A DNA stretch of 64,000 nucleotides from Azolla caroliniana (Eukaryota > Plantae > Polypodiophyta), in assembly GCA_043228905.1 (NCBI GenBank), contig JBHGNT010000002.1:13206001-13270000 (forward strand), in the 5' to 3' direction. This document shows, piece after piece, positions 24,139 through 36,396 of this stretch. The translations under genes were made by a program, and so were the position numbers. The notes under the pieces were generated by a model. It was not told the origin of the DNA, ran no database searches, and saw only the letters and a program-made list of their open reading frames with translations. Within the stretch, counting starts at the first letter, position 1. Each line of letters opens with the position of its first letter.

Positions 24139-25283
24139 TGTCGTGAAGATCCGTCACTACGTGCGGATCGTGAAGCGGAACCGTCGGGGTTCTGGACCGG
24201 AAGGAATCAAAGTCGGTACAAGCTTTGGCGCAAGCTTTGGCGAGGAAGTACTTAAGATAGATTGGGAAAGAGAGAAGTTGAGATTAAACGATTGAGAGCA
24301 ATTGATTGAACTTTTATTTTTGGATTTAAGAAACAAGTTACACGATCAATTTGATAACGAATTTCTTCTTCTTAATTTCATAACAAAAAAAAACGTGTTT
24401 TTTCTCCTCCCCCCTCCTTCTTTTATAGATGCTCTCATGCATATGATGCATGTGAGGGTACAAGACATGCATAAAATGCATGTTTGCCATTTGGCGCTTA
24501 TGTATTACATGTGGTGCATGATAACCATGTCACTCATTTTAGCTCTCATGTATGAGAATTTACATGTAAAAGTACGATGATAGAAATATAAATTCAACTA
24601 AATGGCATGGCTTAATGGTAAGCTAATTGACTCCTAACTCGGAGGTGCAAGGTTCGAATCCTTACTTGCCCTCTTTGTATATGTATATATGTATATATAT
24701 TTATATATCTAGTCACCGGACGCCGGTTCATCGGATGCCGTCGGTTACCGGTGCCTCACCGGTTGCCGTCGGATACCGGTGCCGCCACTAGATGCCATCG
24801 TTTCACCGACGTCGAACGTCGGATGCTGTCGGATACCGGTGCCTCGCCGGATGCCGTCGTCTCACCGACGCCGGATCACCGACTCCATCGCCGGTCCGGT
24901 TTTGGTTGGTCAAAACCCTTTACGATTAGCTAGCCCACCTCCACTCTTAGTTCAAGTTACCTTGAACTCTCTATGCTCCACACATAGACACAAAGATAAT
25001 ATCTTTTGCTCTACCTTATATATGATGAGAGCCGTATTTGTCGTGCCTATGTGGGATATCTCACAATTTTCTCTTTTCCTTTCACAAACTTTATACCCTC
25101 ATATCTTGACATTTAGTTGTCCGTTTCTCGTGTAATAAAGTGCATTCGAAACCTCCATTATTTTGTACTTAGATATTAAATTTATTTAAAATGTTATCTT
25201 CACAATTATTGTATTATGTGATTCATACTCAATTTTGTACGTTTTATGGGATTTTCACACTATTGCCGAAAATCTTCACGACG
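24139..25283 (-). repeat. Gypsy-2 5' LTR with a tRNA-like A/B-box module and CCGG-rich repeats
   Basis: Terminal inverted repeats. TATA (CTATAAAA, minus strand) near 24421-24428. GC-rich repeats at 24715-24895. Confidence 0.8.
24603..24670 (+). promoter_or_regulatory. tRNA-like Pol III type-2 promoter (A box and B box) inside LTR U3
   Basis: TGGCTTAATGG at 24608-24618 and GGTTCGAATCC at 24651-24661, with tRNA-like 43-nt offset. No convincing acceptor stem. Confidence 0.65.
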
Positions 25284-25294
25284 CCGGTGGATGT

Positions 25295-25930
25295 GTGGTT
25301 TGGTGGGGGCGGATGTCGTGAAGATTTTCGTTCATAGGGGGAAAACTGAGCGGAGTGAGCAAAACCGAGGTGTGCAACGTTGCACACACACATGATGTAT
25401 TTGTAAAATATTAATAAGAACAAATCTAGATTGTAAGAAATGCACCACAAGATTCCTAAAATGTAAATGTGATGTGCACTTATGTGCACATCCACATGAG
25501 AAAGAGAGGGGTACATAAGAGTACGAGGTGAGTAATGGGCATAATAGTATGTGTGAGGAGTGGCAGTTAAGCCCCATCAATCCCTCCTCCAAGAATCTAA
25601 GCAAATATCCCCCATTGAATGAAGGGGATATTTAGTCTCTCCCTTTTGGTAACGGCTTTCTCTCCTTGTGCATAAAGGGAGAGGAAGGGGCATCATTAAA
25701 AGGGTTGCCTATTTTGAGTGAGAAGAGGTATACCACTTAGTTTGAGGGTTTCTATTCGTTTTAGGGTTTTCTTCATTTCTTTCTTTACTTATCCGATTAG
25801 GGTTTACATTCTACATATGTTTTGAGTCCGCGGAGCCCACGCGGCCGCGGTTGTAATCGCATGGAGGCTTTCATGCCCATAATATACATAACTTCTTAAG
25901 TCTTGTCTCTTTCTACTTTCTCTACCGTGT
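25295..25930 (+). mobile_element. PPT and 3' LTR of a Gypsy-2-related element in opposite orientation
   Basis: GTGGTTTGGTGGGGGCGGA then TGTCGTGAAGATTTTCG at 25314. The PPT nearly matches the one at 60569-60589 (minus). Right end uncertain. Confidence 0.65.
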
Positions 25931-27660
25931 TAAACTCTTCCACTTTGCTTATACCCATCTTCCCATCTACTCCCTAGTCCAAGAACCCCGAGGTCCCGCC
26001 TTATTCTACACGCACTACGGAAAAACGCGACAACGGGCTGTGGTACTTTTGGCGAAACTATTCTTATGATTTTCTGAAGCCTCCTTTGGCATCTTTGCAT
26101 CCCGAATGTAGCCCAGCATCTGATTATGCACACATGACACAATGCAATACAAGACTCTACTTGCCACTTGCTCCCCTGTCAAAAAATCCTTGTGTGCCAG
26201 TTCTAGTGCTACTTCATTTTCTCCATGGATGTAACACCAGTAGCCATGCCTGAGCAGGTACTGGTGCATCTTGTACTCCCAAGACACATAGTTTCTTCTA
26301 TCCAACTTCTCTGTTAGAAGAGCACCACCCATTCCTCTATCCATTTTCTTCTTCTCTGTTCTTGTCCGAGGATTAGTTTGTCTGTGTTGAAACTCTTGTC
26401 GGCAGCAGAGGATTCTCAACCCTTGCGCTCTGATACCATGAAAAGATTTATATGCGGAACTTGAACAGAACACAACCGGCTCAGCTGGACAGCAACAAGA
26501 ATAGAGAAAACACAAACAATCATTAGGTATATACAGATAGTTCGTTGTATTCAGTTCATTTGTCCAGCTCGAAGCCGTGGGTGTAATCAACTACTTCATG
26601 TTTATATACTTACGATTGTGTATAGCGCGTCATTTCTATTTGGATGTTTTGTCATATCTTCTCCTTTACTAGTTTCTGTGTATAAGTGTGTGTGTGTGTG
26701 TGTGCGCGTCTCTCTCTCTCTTGTTGCCTAGAGGAGAGTATGAACTAGAGAGGTGTGAACCGGAGTTCGAGATATTAGATAATTAGGAATATGATATTAA
26801 GTGGCTCTACTGGACAGCAACAAGAATAGAGAAAACACAAACAATCATTAGGTATATACAGATAGTTCGTTGTATTAAGTTCATTTGTCCAGCTCGAAGC
26901 CGTGGGTGTAATCAACTACTTCATGTTTATATACTTACGGTTGTGTATAGCGCGTCATTTCTATTTGGATGTTTTGTCATATCTTTTCCTTTACTGGTTT
27001 CTATGTATAAGTGTGTGTGTGTGTGTGCGTCTCTCTCTCTCTTATTGCCTAGAGGAGAGTATGAACTAGAGAGGTGTGAACCGGAGTTCGAGATATTAGA
27101 TAATTAGGAATATGATATTAAGTGGCTCAGCTGGACAGCAACAAGAATAGAGAAAACACAAACAATCATTAGGTATATACAGATAGTTCGTTGTATTCAG
27201 TTCATTTGTCCAGCTCGAAGCCGTGGGTGTAATCAACTACTTCATGTTTATATACTTACGGTTGTGTATAGCGCGTCATTTCTATTTGGATGTTTTGTCA
27301 TATCTTCTCCTTTACTGGTTTCTATGTATAAGTGTGTGTGTGTGTGTGTGTGTGTGTGCGTCTCTCTCTCTCTTATTGCCTAGAGGAGAGTATGAACTAG
27401 AGAGGTGTGAACCGGAGTTCGAGATATTAGATAATTAGGAATATGATATTAAGTGGCTCAGCTGGACAACAACAAGAATAGAGAAAACACAAACAATCAT
27501 TAGGTATATACAGATAGTTCGTTGTATTAAGTTCATTTGTCCAGCTCGAAGCCGTGGGTGTAATCAACTACTTCATGTTTATATACTTACGGTTGTGTAT
27601 AGCGCGTCATTTCTATTTGGATGTTTTGTCATATCTTCTCCTTTACTGGTTTCTATGTAT

Positions 27661-27703
<43 letters not shown>

Positions 27704-28460
27704 TCTCTCTCTCTCTTATTGCCTAGAGGAGAGTATGAACTAGAGAGGTGTGAACCGGAGTTCGAGATATTAGATAATTAGGAATATGATATTAAGTGGC
27801 TCAGCTGGACAACAACAAGAATAGAGAAAACACAAACAATCATTAGGTATATACAGATAGTTCGTTGTATTAAGTTCATTTGTCCAGCTCGAAGCCGTGG
27901 GTGTAATCAACTACTTCATGTTTATATACTTACGGTTGTGTATAGCGCGTCATTTCTATTTGGATGTTTTGTCATATCTTTTCCTTTACTAGTTTCTATG
28001 TATAAGTGTGTGTGTGTGTGTGTGTGTGCGTCTCTCTCTCTCTTATTGCCTAGAGGAGAGTATGAACTAGAGAGGTGTGAACCGGAGTTCGAGATATTAG
28101 ATAATTAGGAATATGATATTAAGTGGCTCAGCTGGACAGCAACAAGAATAGAGAAAACACAAACAATCATTAGGTATATACAAATAGTTCGTTGTATTCA
28201 GTTCATTTGTCCAGTTCGAAGCCGTGGGTGTAATCAACTACTTCATGTTTATATACTTACGGTTGTGTATAGCGCGTCATTTCTATTTGGATGTTTTGTC
28301 ATATCTTCTCCTTTACTGGTTTCTATGTATAAGTGTGTGTGTGTGTGTGTGTGTGTGCGTCTCTCTCTCTCTTGTTGCCTAGAGGAGAGTATGAACTAGA
28401 GAGGTATGAACCGGAGTTCGGGATATTAGATAATTAAGAATATGATATTAAGTGATGACA
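25930..28460 (-). mobile_element. Copia-3: 5' fragment (amplified LTR, PBS, gag start)
   Basis: PBS at 26427-26438 (reverse complement of TGGTATCAGAGC). Gag MDRGMGGALLTEKLDRRNYVSWEYKMHQYL is homologous to Copia-1 and Copia-2. LTR 26439-28460 has TG..CA ends. Confidence 0.9.
26478..28454. repeat. Six tandem copies of a 321-343-bp LTR-internal unit
   Basis: Units start at 26478, 26803, 27124, 27455, 27798 and 28125. Length varies with an internal (GT)n tract. Confidence 0.97.
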
Positions 28461-30950
28461 GATCCGGAGCTGCACCGTTTGGTATCCTAACCAAATTGTA
28501 TTCGTGATGGCTACCTATATAAGGAGTCCGGTGTCGTGACGTGGCTCGCCTAGAAGCGTAGCATTGCGCACACAAAGGATAACGTGAAAGTGAGGAAGGA
28601 ATCACTTGGATTATGGACGAAAGAGACGAAAGAGTGGAGATGGAGTGAATAGAGATCAACAAGATAAAGACAAGATAGGATATAGAATGATATTTGAAGG
28701 GATAAAAGAGATTTATAATTATTTGATGAAAAAGTTACAACTTGGTTGTGAGTATTGTTGATCCTTCAAACTTTGTCTCAGAAGGTAACCGCTCTTCTCA
28801 TTCTTGAGAGTAGATCACAATCTTCCCTTTCTAGCTTTCGATGAGGGTAAGACTCGAACCTCCGCCCTTTTGTTGTGAGTTGAGCACCCCGACCGCCCTT
28901 TTTCTATCTTATGGTATCTCTTATATAATATAATTCTATTTGATTTGATTGATATATCATACAATATAGTTGTTCCATTTCCATCCCTTTGATATCCTCT
29001 TTCACCCTTTAAATAGGTGCCCCCATGCATATGATGCATTGGAGGGTACAAGACATGCATGTGATGCATGATCGCCATTTGGCGTTCATGCATTACATGT
29101 GATGCATGATAAACATCTCGCTCATTTGAGCTTTTATGTATGAAACAATATATGCAATAAAAATAAACATGAAAACATAATCTTAATTGAAAGGACCTAG
29201 CCTAATGGTAGTTGTGTTGACCTTGGTGTATGAGGTTGTGGGTTTGAGTCTCAAAATATTATTGAATACAACATACAACTATATTTTTATATCATGAAGC
29301 AAATCCTTTATGTAATATAAAGTATATATAAAGTATGCTTTATTTTATGTATATTATTAGTACAGAGTAAATGGTAAGATTTGAGAGTCATAGGGTGGGG
29401 TTATTGGTTCAAGTCCTCTCTTGTTCGTGTAATATAATATATTTATCTATATATATATATTATTTTTCTTTACATATATATCTAATATTATCATATGTGT
29501 TGTTAATATTATCTTTATATATAAAACATTATCAAATGTTATTTTAGTTACGTATTTATCTTATTGTAGATTTTTAATGTGAAGCTTTCGTACTTCACGA
29601 CACCGGATTGTATGTATCAATTGAGAGTAATATTAATTTTTGTTGTCTATCTTGTGCACTTGCCTTCTGCACTTTTAAGTTATAATCTTACAAGTATTAA
29701 TTCATTATTGGATACTCTATATGTGTATAAGATATGTGACCGGATCATTTATAATTGTTTGTGTATCAATCCATCTTTCCAACCACACCTTTGGAGAGTA
29801 TTCCGAAAGGGGAATACCTTGTGTTTTTCCTCCCGCTTGAGTTGAACCGCAAGCTATGGATTTCTACGACATCTTTTGGTGAACCTGATGTGTAAGGGAG
29901 GATGAGGATGGAAGACGATGGTTTCATGGAGATGATGGAAAGGATAATCATGGACTTAAGAAGGGGGAAGTTGAAATGAGACACGACGCAACAAGCCGTC
30001 GAGTGCGTGGTCGAATGAGTTGGGCGTTTCAACGGAGACAGAGTCCCATTCTATTTGGAAGCCTACAATGCCGAGATGATGATGACGAAAGTGGATGGGG
30101 CGATGAGGCAAGAGTACTTTTGTCAAGTGGTGGCCGTATGTATAAACGAGGAGGTAAAGGAGCTCTAAGAAGCTCATAGTTGGTGGGAGGTCTTCGGAGA
30201 GGCACTGTTGGAGGCATAGGTCGGCACAAGTTTGACTAGTGGGTGGCATTGGCAAAGACCCATCGAAGCGCAACAGAAACGTTCCTGGAGTTCGAGCGAC
30301 ATTTTGCTCAACTCCTAAAGCAGGAACAAAGACTGGTGGGGGTGGATAAGGTCCTCCTATTTGTAAAGTCGATCGATCGGAAGGAACGGATGGCCATTGG
30401 GCTAGAACTTGAAGATGATGACGGTGCAAATGGCCTCACCGAGATTTGGACGGAAGTGGAAAGGGTATGCCAGAGGTTTGATAAGAAGCGGACAGGGACC
30501 TCATCGGCGACAAAACGGTCCACAAACGGAGGGTGACACATGACGGTGTGCCATCACATCAGGAAGACGGAGAACCGCGGGATGGTTCGACAGTGCTCGA
30601 CGTTGAGGCCTTGGTCAGGGAGGAGTTTGAGATTTTGAAGGCGAAGGTTGACAATGAGGAAAGGTCCGATGTGCAGTTGGAATTGAGAGAACGAGGAAGT
30701 CACCTCCTTGGGGACGAATGGCGGGGGGGCGTATGTGAAGGCAGAAGCACGATACAAAGGTACCACGGGCGAGGAAGTGGAGCAAGCAACCCTCTCGTCT
30801 TGTAGAGAAATGCCGACCGAGGATAAGGTCGGTAACTATGGAGTGATAGAGGCCACTTCGGAAGTGGACGAATGTTTCGGGGAATGGTCGTCCGAAACAT
30901 CGAAGAAATGGGTGCATGTTTTTTGGGATAATGATATGATGGAGTAGATC
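28461..30950 (+). mobile_element. Gypsy-3: old tRNA-Trp-primed remnant (LTR split by the solo LTR, PBS, decayed gag)
   Basis: LTR end CTACGACA at 29871 and PBS TGGTGAACCTGATGTG at 29877-29892. ORF 30243-30536 (LEDDDGANGLTEIW) is homologous to Gypsy-2 gag. Confidence 0.8.
28532..29602 (-). mobile_element. Solo LTR of the Gypsy-2 group with 4-bp TSD CCGG
   Basis: Ends TGTCGTGA and TCACGACA. CCGG at 28528-28531 and 29603-29606. 29025-29140 is homologous to 24436-24555. Confidence 0.88.
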
Positions 30951-31447
30951 TTGCATGATTATTGAAGCCATCCCTGCATTGTCCATGATCATGTTTCCCT
31001 CACCAAGCCTATTTTATTATTTAATATTTGGTGGCAAATAGAGGGGAGCGCATGGAACAAACCGCTTGCTATGTAGATTCCTATGGGTAGGAGGTGTAGT
31101 AGGTACATACATACATTGATAAACATTAGGAAGTAATGCTCCCTCCCTTCATAGCATCATGAGAGAACGAGAGGGGCGTGTGAGTGAGTGGGGGGACGAC
31201 TATTATTACAATTTACCTGCATACATAGTTTGTTTCATATCATCATAATAATAAAGAAACAAGGCATCCATCTACCGACAGCAAGGGCAACATTAAGAAA
31301 AAGGAGTCAATGAATGGGGGCGATCAATTCAATGAATCTGATTATGGGAAGAAAACAACCTTCTAAAGGTTCCGAACATGCTACTCCTGTGAAGTGAGAA
31401 AGTTTTTCTAAACAAAATCATCAACAAAGACTGATCCGACACGGGCT

Positions 31448-34167
31448 ATGGCTATGGATCTAGTGGGGGAGCAAGAGGAGAGAAGTATAGAGGTATGTGG
31501 TCTCCAGTTCTGCTATCCTGATCAACCCCTTCCTTTCATCTCCATCTTCAACCTTCACCTCAGCCCTGGCTCTCGTTGCCTCCTTATCGGAGCCAATGGA
31601 TGTGGTAAGAACAAAAACAAAGGAAAACGTCCTTTCGTCTTCTTCTATCGTATTATCTTCTTCTCGCATCTATATTTCTATAGATCTTCTTCTACTCACA
31701 TTAGGTTTACACCGAAATTTCTGTGTAATATTGGATCTTTATTTATGTGTGTGTTTACATGACATTATGTTAAAGCATAGAATTTGTGTGAGAATTGTAT
31801 GTGCTAGATTACTTCTGTATGCTTCAGGCATTTAAGTAGATCTTAGCTATATGTGGTTTTTATTCTTCACAATGGGTTCTTAAATATAATTTTCTGTTCT
31901 TTGACTCCAAGTAAACATGTCTTATATCTCAGAATTTGTGCGATAATGACATCTAATGCGATCCTATTTTTATGTGGGGGTAAAACATAAAATCTATTAA
32001 TTGGATCTTAAGTGCATGGTTTTCTTGTTTTTCAACATTAGGTTATATAATAGATTCTGTGTGACAATAATGCATTTAATTAAGACTCTTCATCCATATG
32101 TACAGGTCAAAACATTAAATGTGATGCCAAGAAATGTGGGTGTGAAAACGTAAAACTGTTGTGTGGCATTGGACCTTAATAGAGATCCTGATTGTATATG
32201 GATGCTTTTGTCATTGAGTTAAAACGTACTTTCTTGTATGATAATGTCATATTAATGTTAAGCTAAGATACAACCATCAAGATTCCACCAATATTTATGT
32301 TAGGATTCCAAGAAGATTATGATTCTAACACAGTTGTATTGGATGGATGTCCAGGAAAGACTACCTTGCTCAGGATTCTGGCGGGGAAGCACATGGTGGG
32401 TGGATCTGATGTAGTGAAGGTTCTGGGGAGGTCAGCTTTCCACGACACCTCTCTTATATGCGATGGCGATCTTGCCTACCTAGGGGGGTCTTGGAGTAAG
32501 ACTGTTGGCTGTGCAGTAAGTCTCTCATGTCCCTCTGGACATAGATTGGTACATATACACACGTATGTATATATATATGTGTGTGTGTGTGTTTGTACAT
32601 ATATATACATGTATATGTATTTGTGTATGTATGTATATATATATATATATATATATATTAATATGTTCACAGCCACAAAGGAATTGAAACCCTACTTTTG
32701 ACATGGCATTACCAAGATCCCTCATGACAATTAGAGCACCATGCTTCAGATTGTCTTTTATGTTTTAAATGGTACTTTCAGTTTGGCTACATGATAGGGT
32801 GGATATGAGGCAGTGGAAGAGATGCTAATGGGCATACAAGGATATTGATGAATGAATGAGTTACGTTTTTTTGGACATGTGATGACTAAAATTTTGATAG
32901 CATACACATTGTTTTAAACTTGGTTAGATCATATACTGGATGTGAGTTGATGGCAGATATGTTTGTGGGACTACAAGGATACCGGTGAATGTACAAGTTA
33001 GGTTTTTGGGCATGCAATGGTAAATTTATCTAATGATTCTACTTCTTGTAGGGTGAGATACCTCTACAAGGTGATTTTTCAGCCGAGCATATGATATTTG
33101 GAGGTATGTATCTACTGTCATCCAAAAATTGAAATTGTTCCTTTTTACCTCAATCATATGATCATAACACAAAAGACAATTCAATGTCTTATCGTTTCAA
33201 TTTGTTTAAAACTTCATATAGTGGAAGGGGCTGATCCTATTCGAAGAGAAGAGCTGATAGATCTTCTGGATATAGATTTGGAATGGAGGATGCACAAAGT
33301 TTCTGATGGGCAACGACGGCGGGTCCAAATTTGCATGGGTCTTCTCCAATCATATAAGGTGTAATGATATATTTCAAGTAGAAACACCCCTCTTATTTCA
33401 ATATTTCTAGTCATAAGAGTCCAGATATTTATGGTGATTTATGACATTCTGCTTTGAATGATTTTAGTCTTAAGGGGTCAAGACATTTACATTGATATAT
33501 GCTATCTTCTTTGAAGATTTCTAGTCTTAAGAGTTTTATGGTGATATATGCCATTGTTTCTAGTCGTAAGATATAGAGATAGTGACTTAATGGTCATTTT
33601 CTTGTGCTCAGTTTTTGAGTGTTTAAGTTAGTGATTCGGATTGATAACATGAGGAAATGTTTAAATTTTTACTTGCATTGCACTAACCATCATTGCAGGT
33701 GTTATTATTGGATGAGATTACGGTAGACCTGGATGTTGTTGCGCGAATGGATTTGCTCAGCTTCTTTGCTAGAGAATGTGAACAGGTGAATTAAAAGGCA
33801 CTGTAGATGGAAAATCAAACTCTTTTAAATATTATTCAAGTCTTGACCTTTGTAACAACCTTGTATTTATTTCTAGAGGGGTGTAACCATCATATATGCA
33901 ACACATATATTTGATGGGTTGGAGGAATGGGCATCTCATGTAGCATATGTGGAGGATGGAAAATTGAAGAAATTCTCAAGGACCTTGGACATCCCTGAGT
34001 TCAAGTCACGGGAACCAACAAAGAAATTATTACAAGTTGTTGAGACTTGGCTACGTAATGAAAGAGAGCAAAAATTTTTGAATCTCACGCTTGAAACAAA
34101 GCCTCCTCCTATCAAACATGTTTCTTCTCCTTGGGCATCAAGCCGTCACATGGCTTATTATAGATGA
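31448..34167 (+). CDS. ABCI21: ABC transporter I family ATPase (ABCI19/ABCI21/NAP2-like, yeast CAF16 family), 6 exons, 294 aa
   Basis: Exons 31448-31604, 32355-32515, 33052-33103, 33222-33358, 33699-33785 and 33877-34167, all GT-AG and in frame. Walker A GANGCGKTT, signature VSDGQRRRV, Walker B VLLLDE, H-loop YATHIFDG, C-terminus SSRHMAYYR. Confidence 0.93.
32550..32660. repeat. (TA)n/(TG)n microsatellite in ABCI intron 2
   Basis: Seen directly in the sequence. Confidence 0.9.
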
Positions 34168-36043
34168 TCATGCGAATACATAACTCTCCTTAAACAAAAC
34201 TAATGGGGTATAAGTCATGGAATCCAAAATGTGTGGAAAGGCAACAATAATCGTATGAGAATCATTGGTACATTAAGATGAAATCTTTGACAATTTATTG
34301 CTCAATTGATTTTTAAATTATAAAGAACACAAGTCCTTGTGGTTTTTTCCAAAGAAAATGTATCTTACTATTCAATTTGAAATGACTTCTATTGTTAGTG
34401 CAATTTGATCAATATATATGCCAAATAGGGTATTGTAAAGTGCAAATTTGATCATCATATATGACAAATTGTGTATTGTAAGGTATTATTCTATTATTCT
34501 GTCTCCCCACTCTCAATTGCGATGATAATGTTTAGTAAAACACTTGCTTGGCGTGTGAGGGGGTAATACTCACTTTTTCATACACTTTCACTATCTAGGT
34601 GAGCCAAATGTGAATGTAAGATTTGCCCTTGCACGTTTCTTTTACTTTTCTCTTTTTAAGTTTGCATTCATTACTCTTCCCCATAGAGCATATGATTCAA
34701 AGTGTATCATGAAGCAATACTACTCTTGAACTTAGAAAGAGAGCATTACCATCACATCTAATTTCTTTGTGGTGCATTGTGATGGGATTGGATGCATACT
34801 ATTGTGGCAACTATGTATCATGTGACTTGGGACATGTGCTTGCAAATAAGTTTTAGTGCAGATGGGGCCAAAAGCATGTCACTAACATTACTTTGTTATT
34901 TGATGGCTCATATGTTGTGTTTGGAGAAGATGTTTACTCACATTTACTCACCAACACATGAATCTTGCCGGCAAGGCAAGGACAAGTAACCCATGCTAGT
35001 GTAACACAATGTACATATAGATAGTTTGTGAAACCAATAAATTAGATACTACAATGGCTGTAAACATCGGACTTGAAGCTACACCAAATGACAAAGGACC
35101 ACCATGAGTGCTCGTATCACTTACAAACACCTCTCTAAACATTCCATTTTTAGTCAAAAGGCAAGCCTCGTCTCATAAATGAGGGCTAGCACTCATAAGA
35201 TTTGCTCCTTCAAAAGGGCTATCTCGACCACCCATATGACCAAAGAACCACCTATACACAAAATGGTGTTAACTTATAAGGTGTTTCTTCCGCAATGTTG
35301 CACATGTCTCTTCTATTTTGTACATGTTTCATGATCAAGTTTTGATATTAGGAGTGCACACTTCCTTTGGATTCTCTTTCAACAATTAGCTCCCACATGC
35401 ATTCATGTATATTTTCAATGGAATGACTTCATAAAGAGTTGATCATTGCCAAACAATTTCATCATAATAATGGTACTTTATCACCACATAATTTGTCCCA
35501 AAACTAAGAAAACTCCTGCCTACGATGGTGTAACCCTAAAGTTGGAATTCAATTCAAATTGGCTTCCATTTCATTAGTCATACCTACTCCCAAATTTGTT
35601 GAACCATGTTAAACATCTTATGGAATCCTATTCTTTTGGGGTATCATGATTGGCAATAACAAGTTGTCAATAAGAGTTGTGGGTCTTTGTGTCGATTCTG
35701 TATGTTGTACGGAAGCACTTCTATTGATCGATGGAGTTGTTCCTTTTTTTTTTTTTTGATGTAGTTGGCTTAGGATTCAGACCAATATATACCATTTTGG
35801 TGGCAAACCGGGTGAAGGTAGTTGTCAAGTACCTTTCAACTACTAACTCACTTAGTGTTACACAATTAGTATTAATCTATCTTGTACACTTAAGAAGATG
35901 TATTATTTCCACCATTGTTGATATAAAGAGGTCTAGCTGTCAAGAATAGTACTAAAACAGAGAGAGAATTAGTACTAGCGAAGGAAAGTACTATTAGTAC
36001 TAAGAGGACGGATTGCGTAAGACTCACGAGAGAGAGATAGCGA

Positions 36044-36045
<2 letters not shown>

Positions 36046-36126
<81 letters not shown>
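36046..36126. repeat. (GA)n microsatellite at the LINE insertion point
   Basis: About 40 GA units between the LTR remnant and the LINE 5' UTR. Confidence 0.97.
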
Positions 36127-36130
<4 letters not shown>

Positions 36131-36396
36131 CGTGAAGTTCGGAGATGTTGGAGAAGGACAAACACTAATTTTGATGTATCTTCTTGCTACGGTGTCCCTT
36201 TCCTTTGTTCTTTAGCTCGTTTCGAAGCCTGCGCATAGAGCTTTGTAAAGAGTATCTGCACGTATCATTTGGAGGTCTTGGTAGAACTTTACGAGTAAAA
36301 ATTCCATTCGATTGCATGCATCTCATGATCGCTTGCTTTGATTCCTTCTCCAACACAATTACTTGTAAGTGAGCTCTCTCCTATTTCTTGTCATAT

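Larger units (their letters stand above)
19655..25283 (-). mobile_element. Gypsy-2: tRNA-Trp-primed Gypsy element, 3'-truncated (integrase and 3' LTR lost)
   Basis: 5' LTR 24139-25283 with terminal inverted repeat TGTCGTGAAGAT. PBS TGGTGAACCCGACGTGA at 24114-24130 is complementary to the tRNA-Trp 3' end. Gag 23493-24077 and 21873-23486, RT 20296-21807 (DLYSGYDQF, PFLDD), RNase H 19655-20224. Confidence 0.9.

Noticed and set aside
24603-24670. Functional tRNA gene
   Set aside because: A and B boxes are present but no acceptor or anticodon stem pairs convincingly, and it lies inside an LTR. Kept only as a tRNA-like module.
27223-27781. Repeated 71-75 aa ORFs with CVCVCV runs
   Set aside because: These are translations of the LTR tandem unit and its (GT)n tract.
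35946-36002. AGTACT motifs in the chromovirus LTR linked to the Sola arrays
   Set aside because: They are present in both LTR copies as part of the LTR and lie 2.8 kb from the insertion site. A shared 6-mer is not enough evidence.
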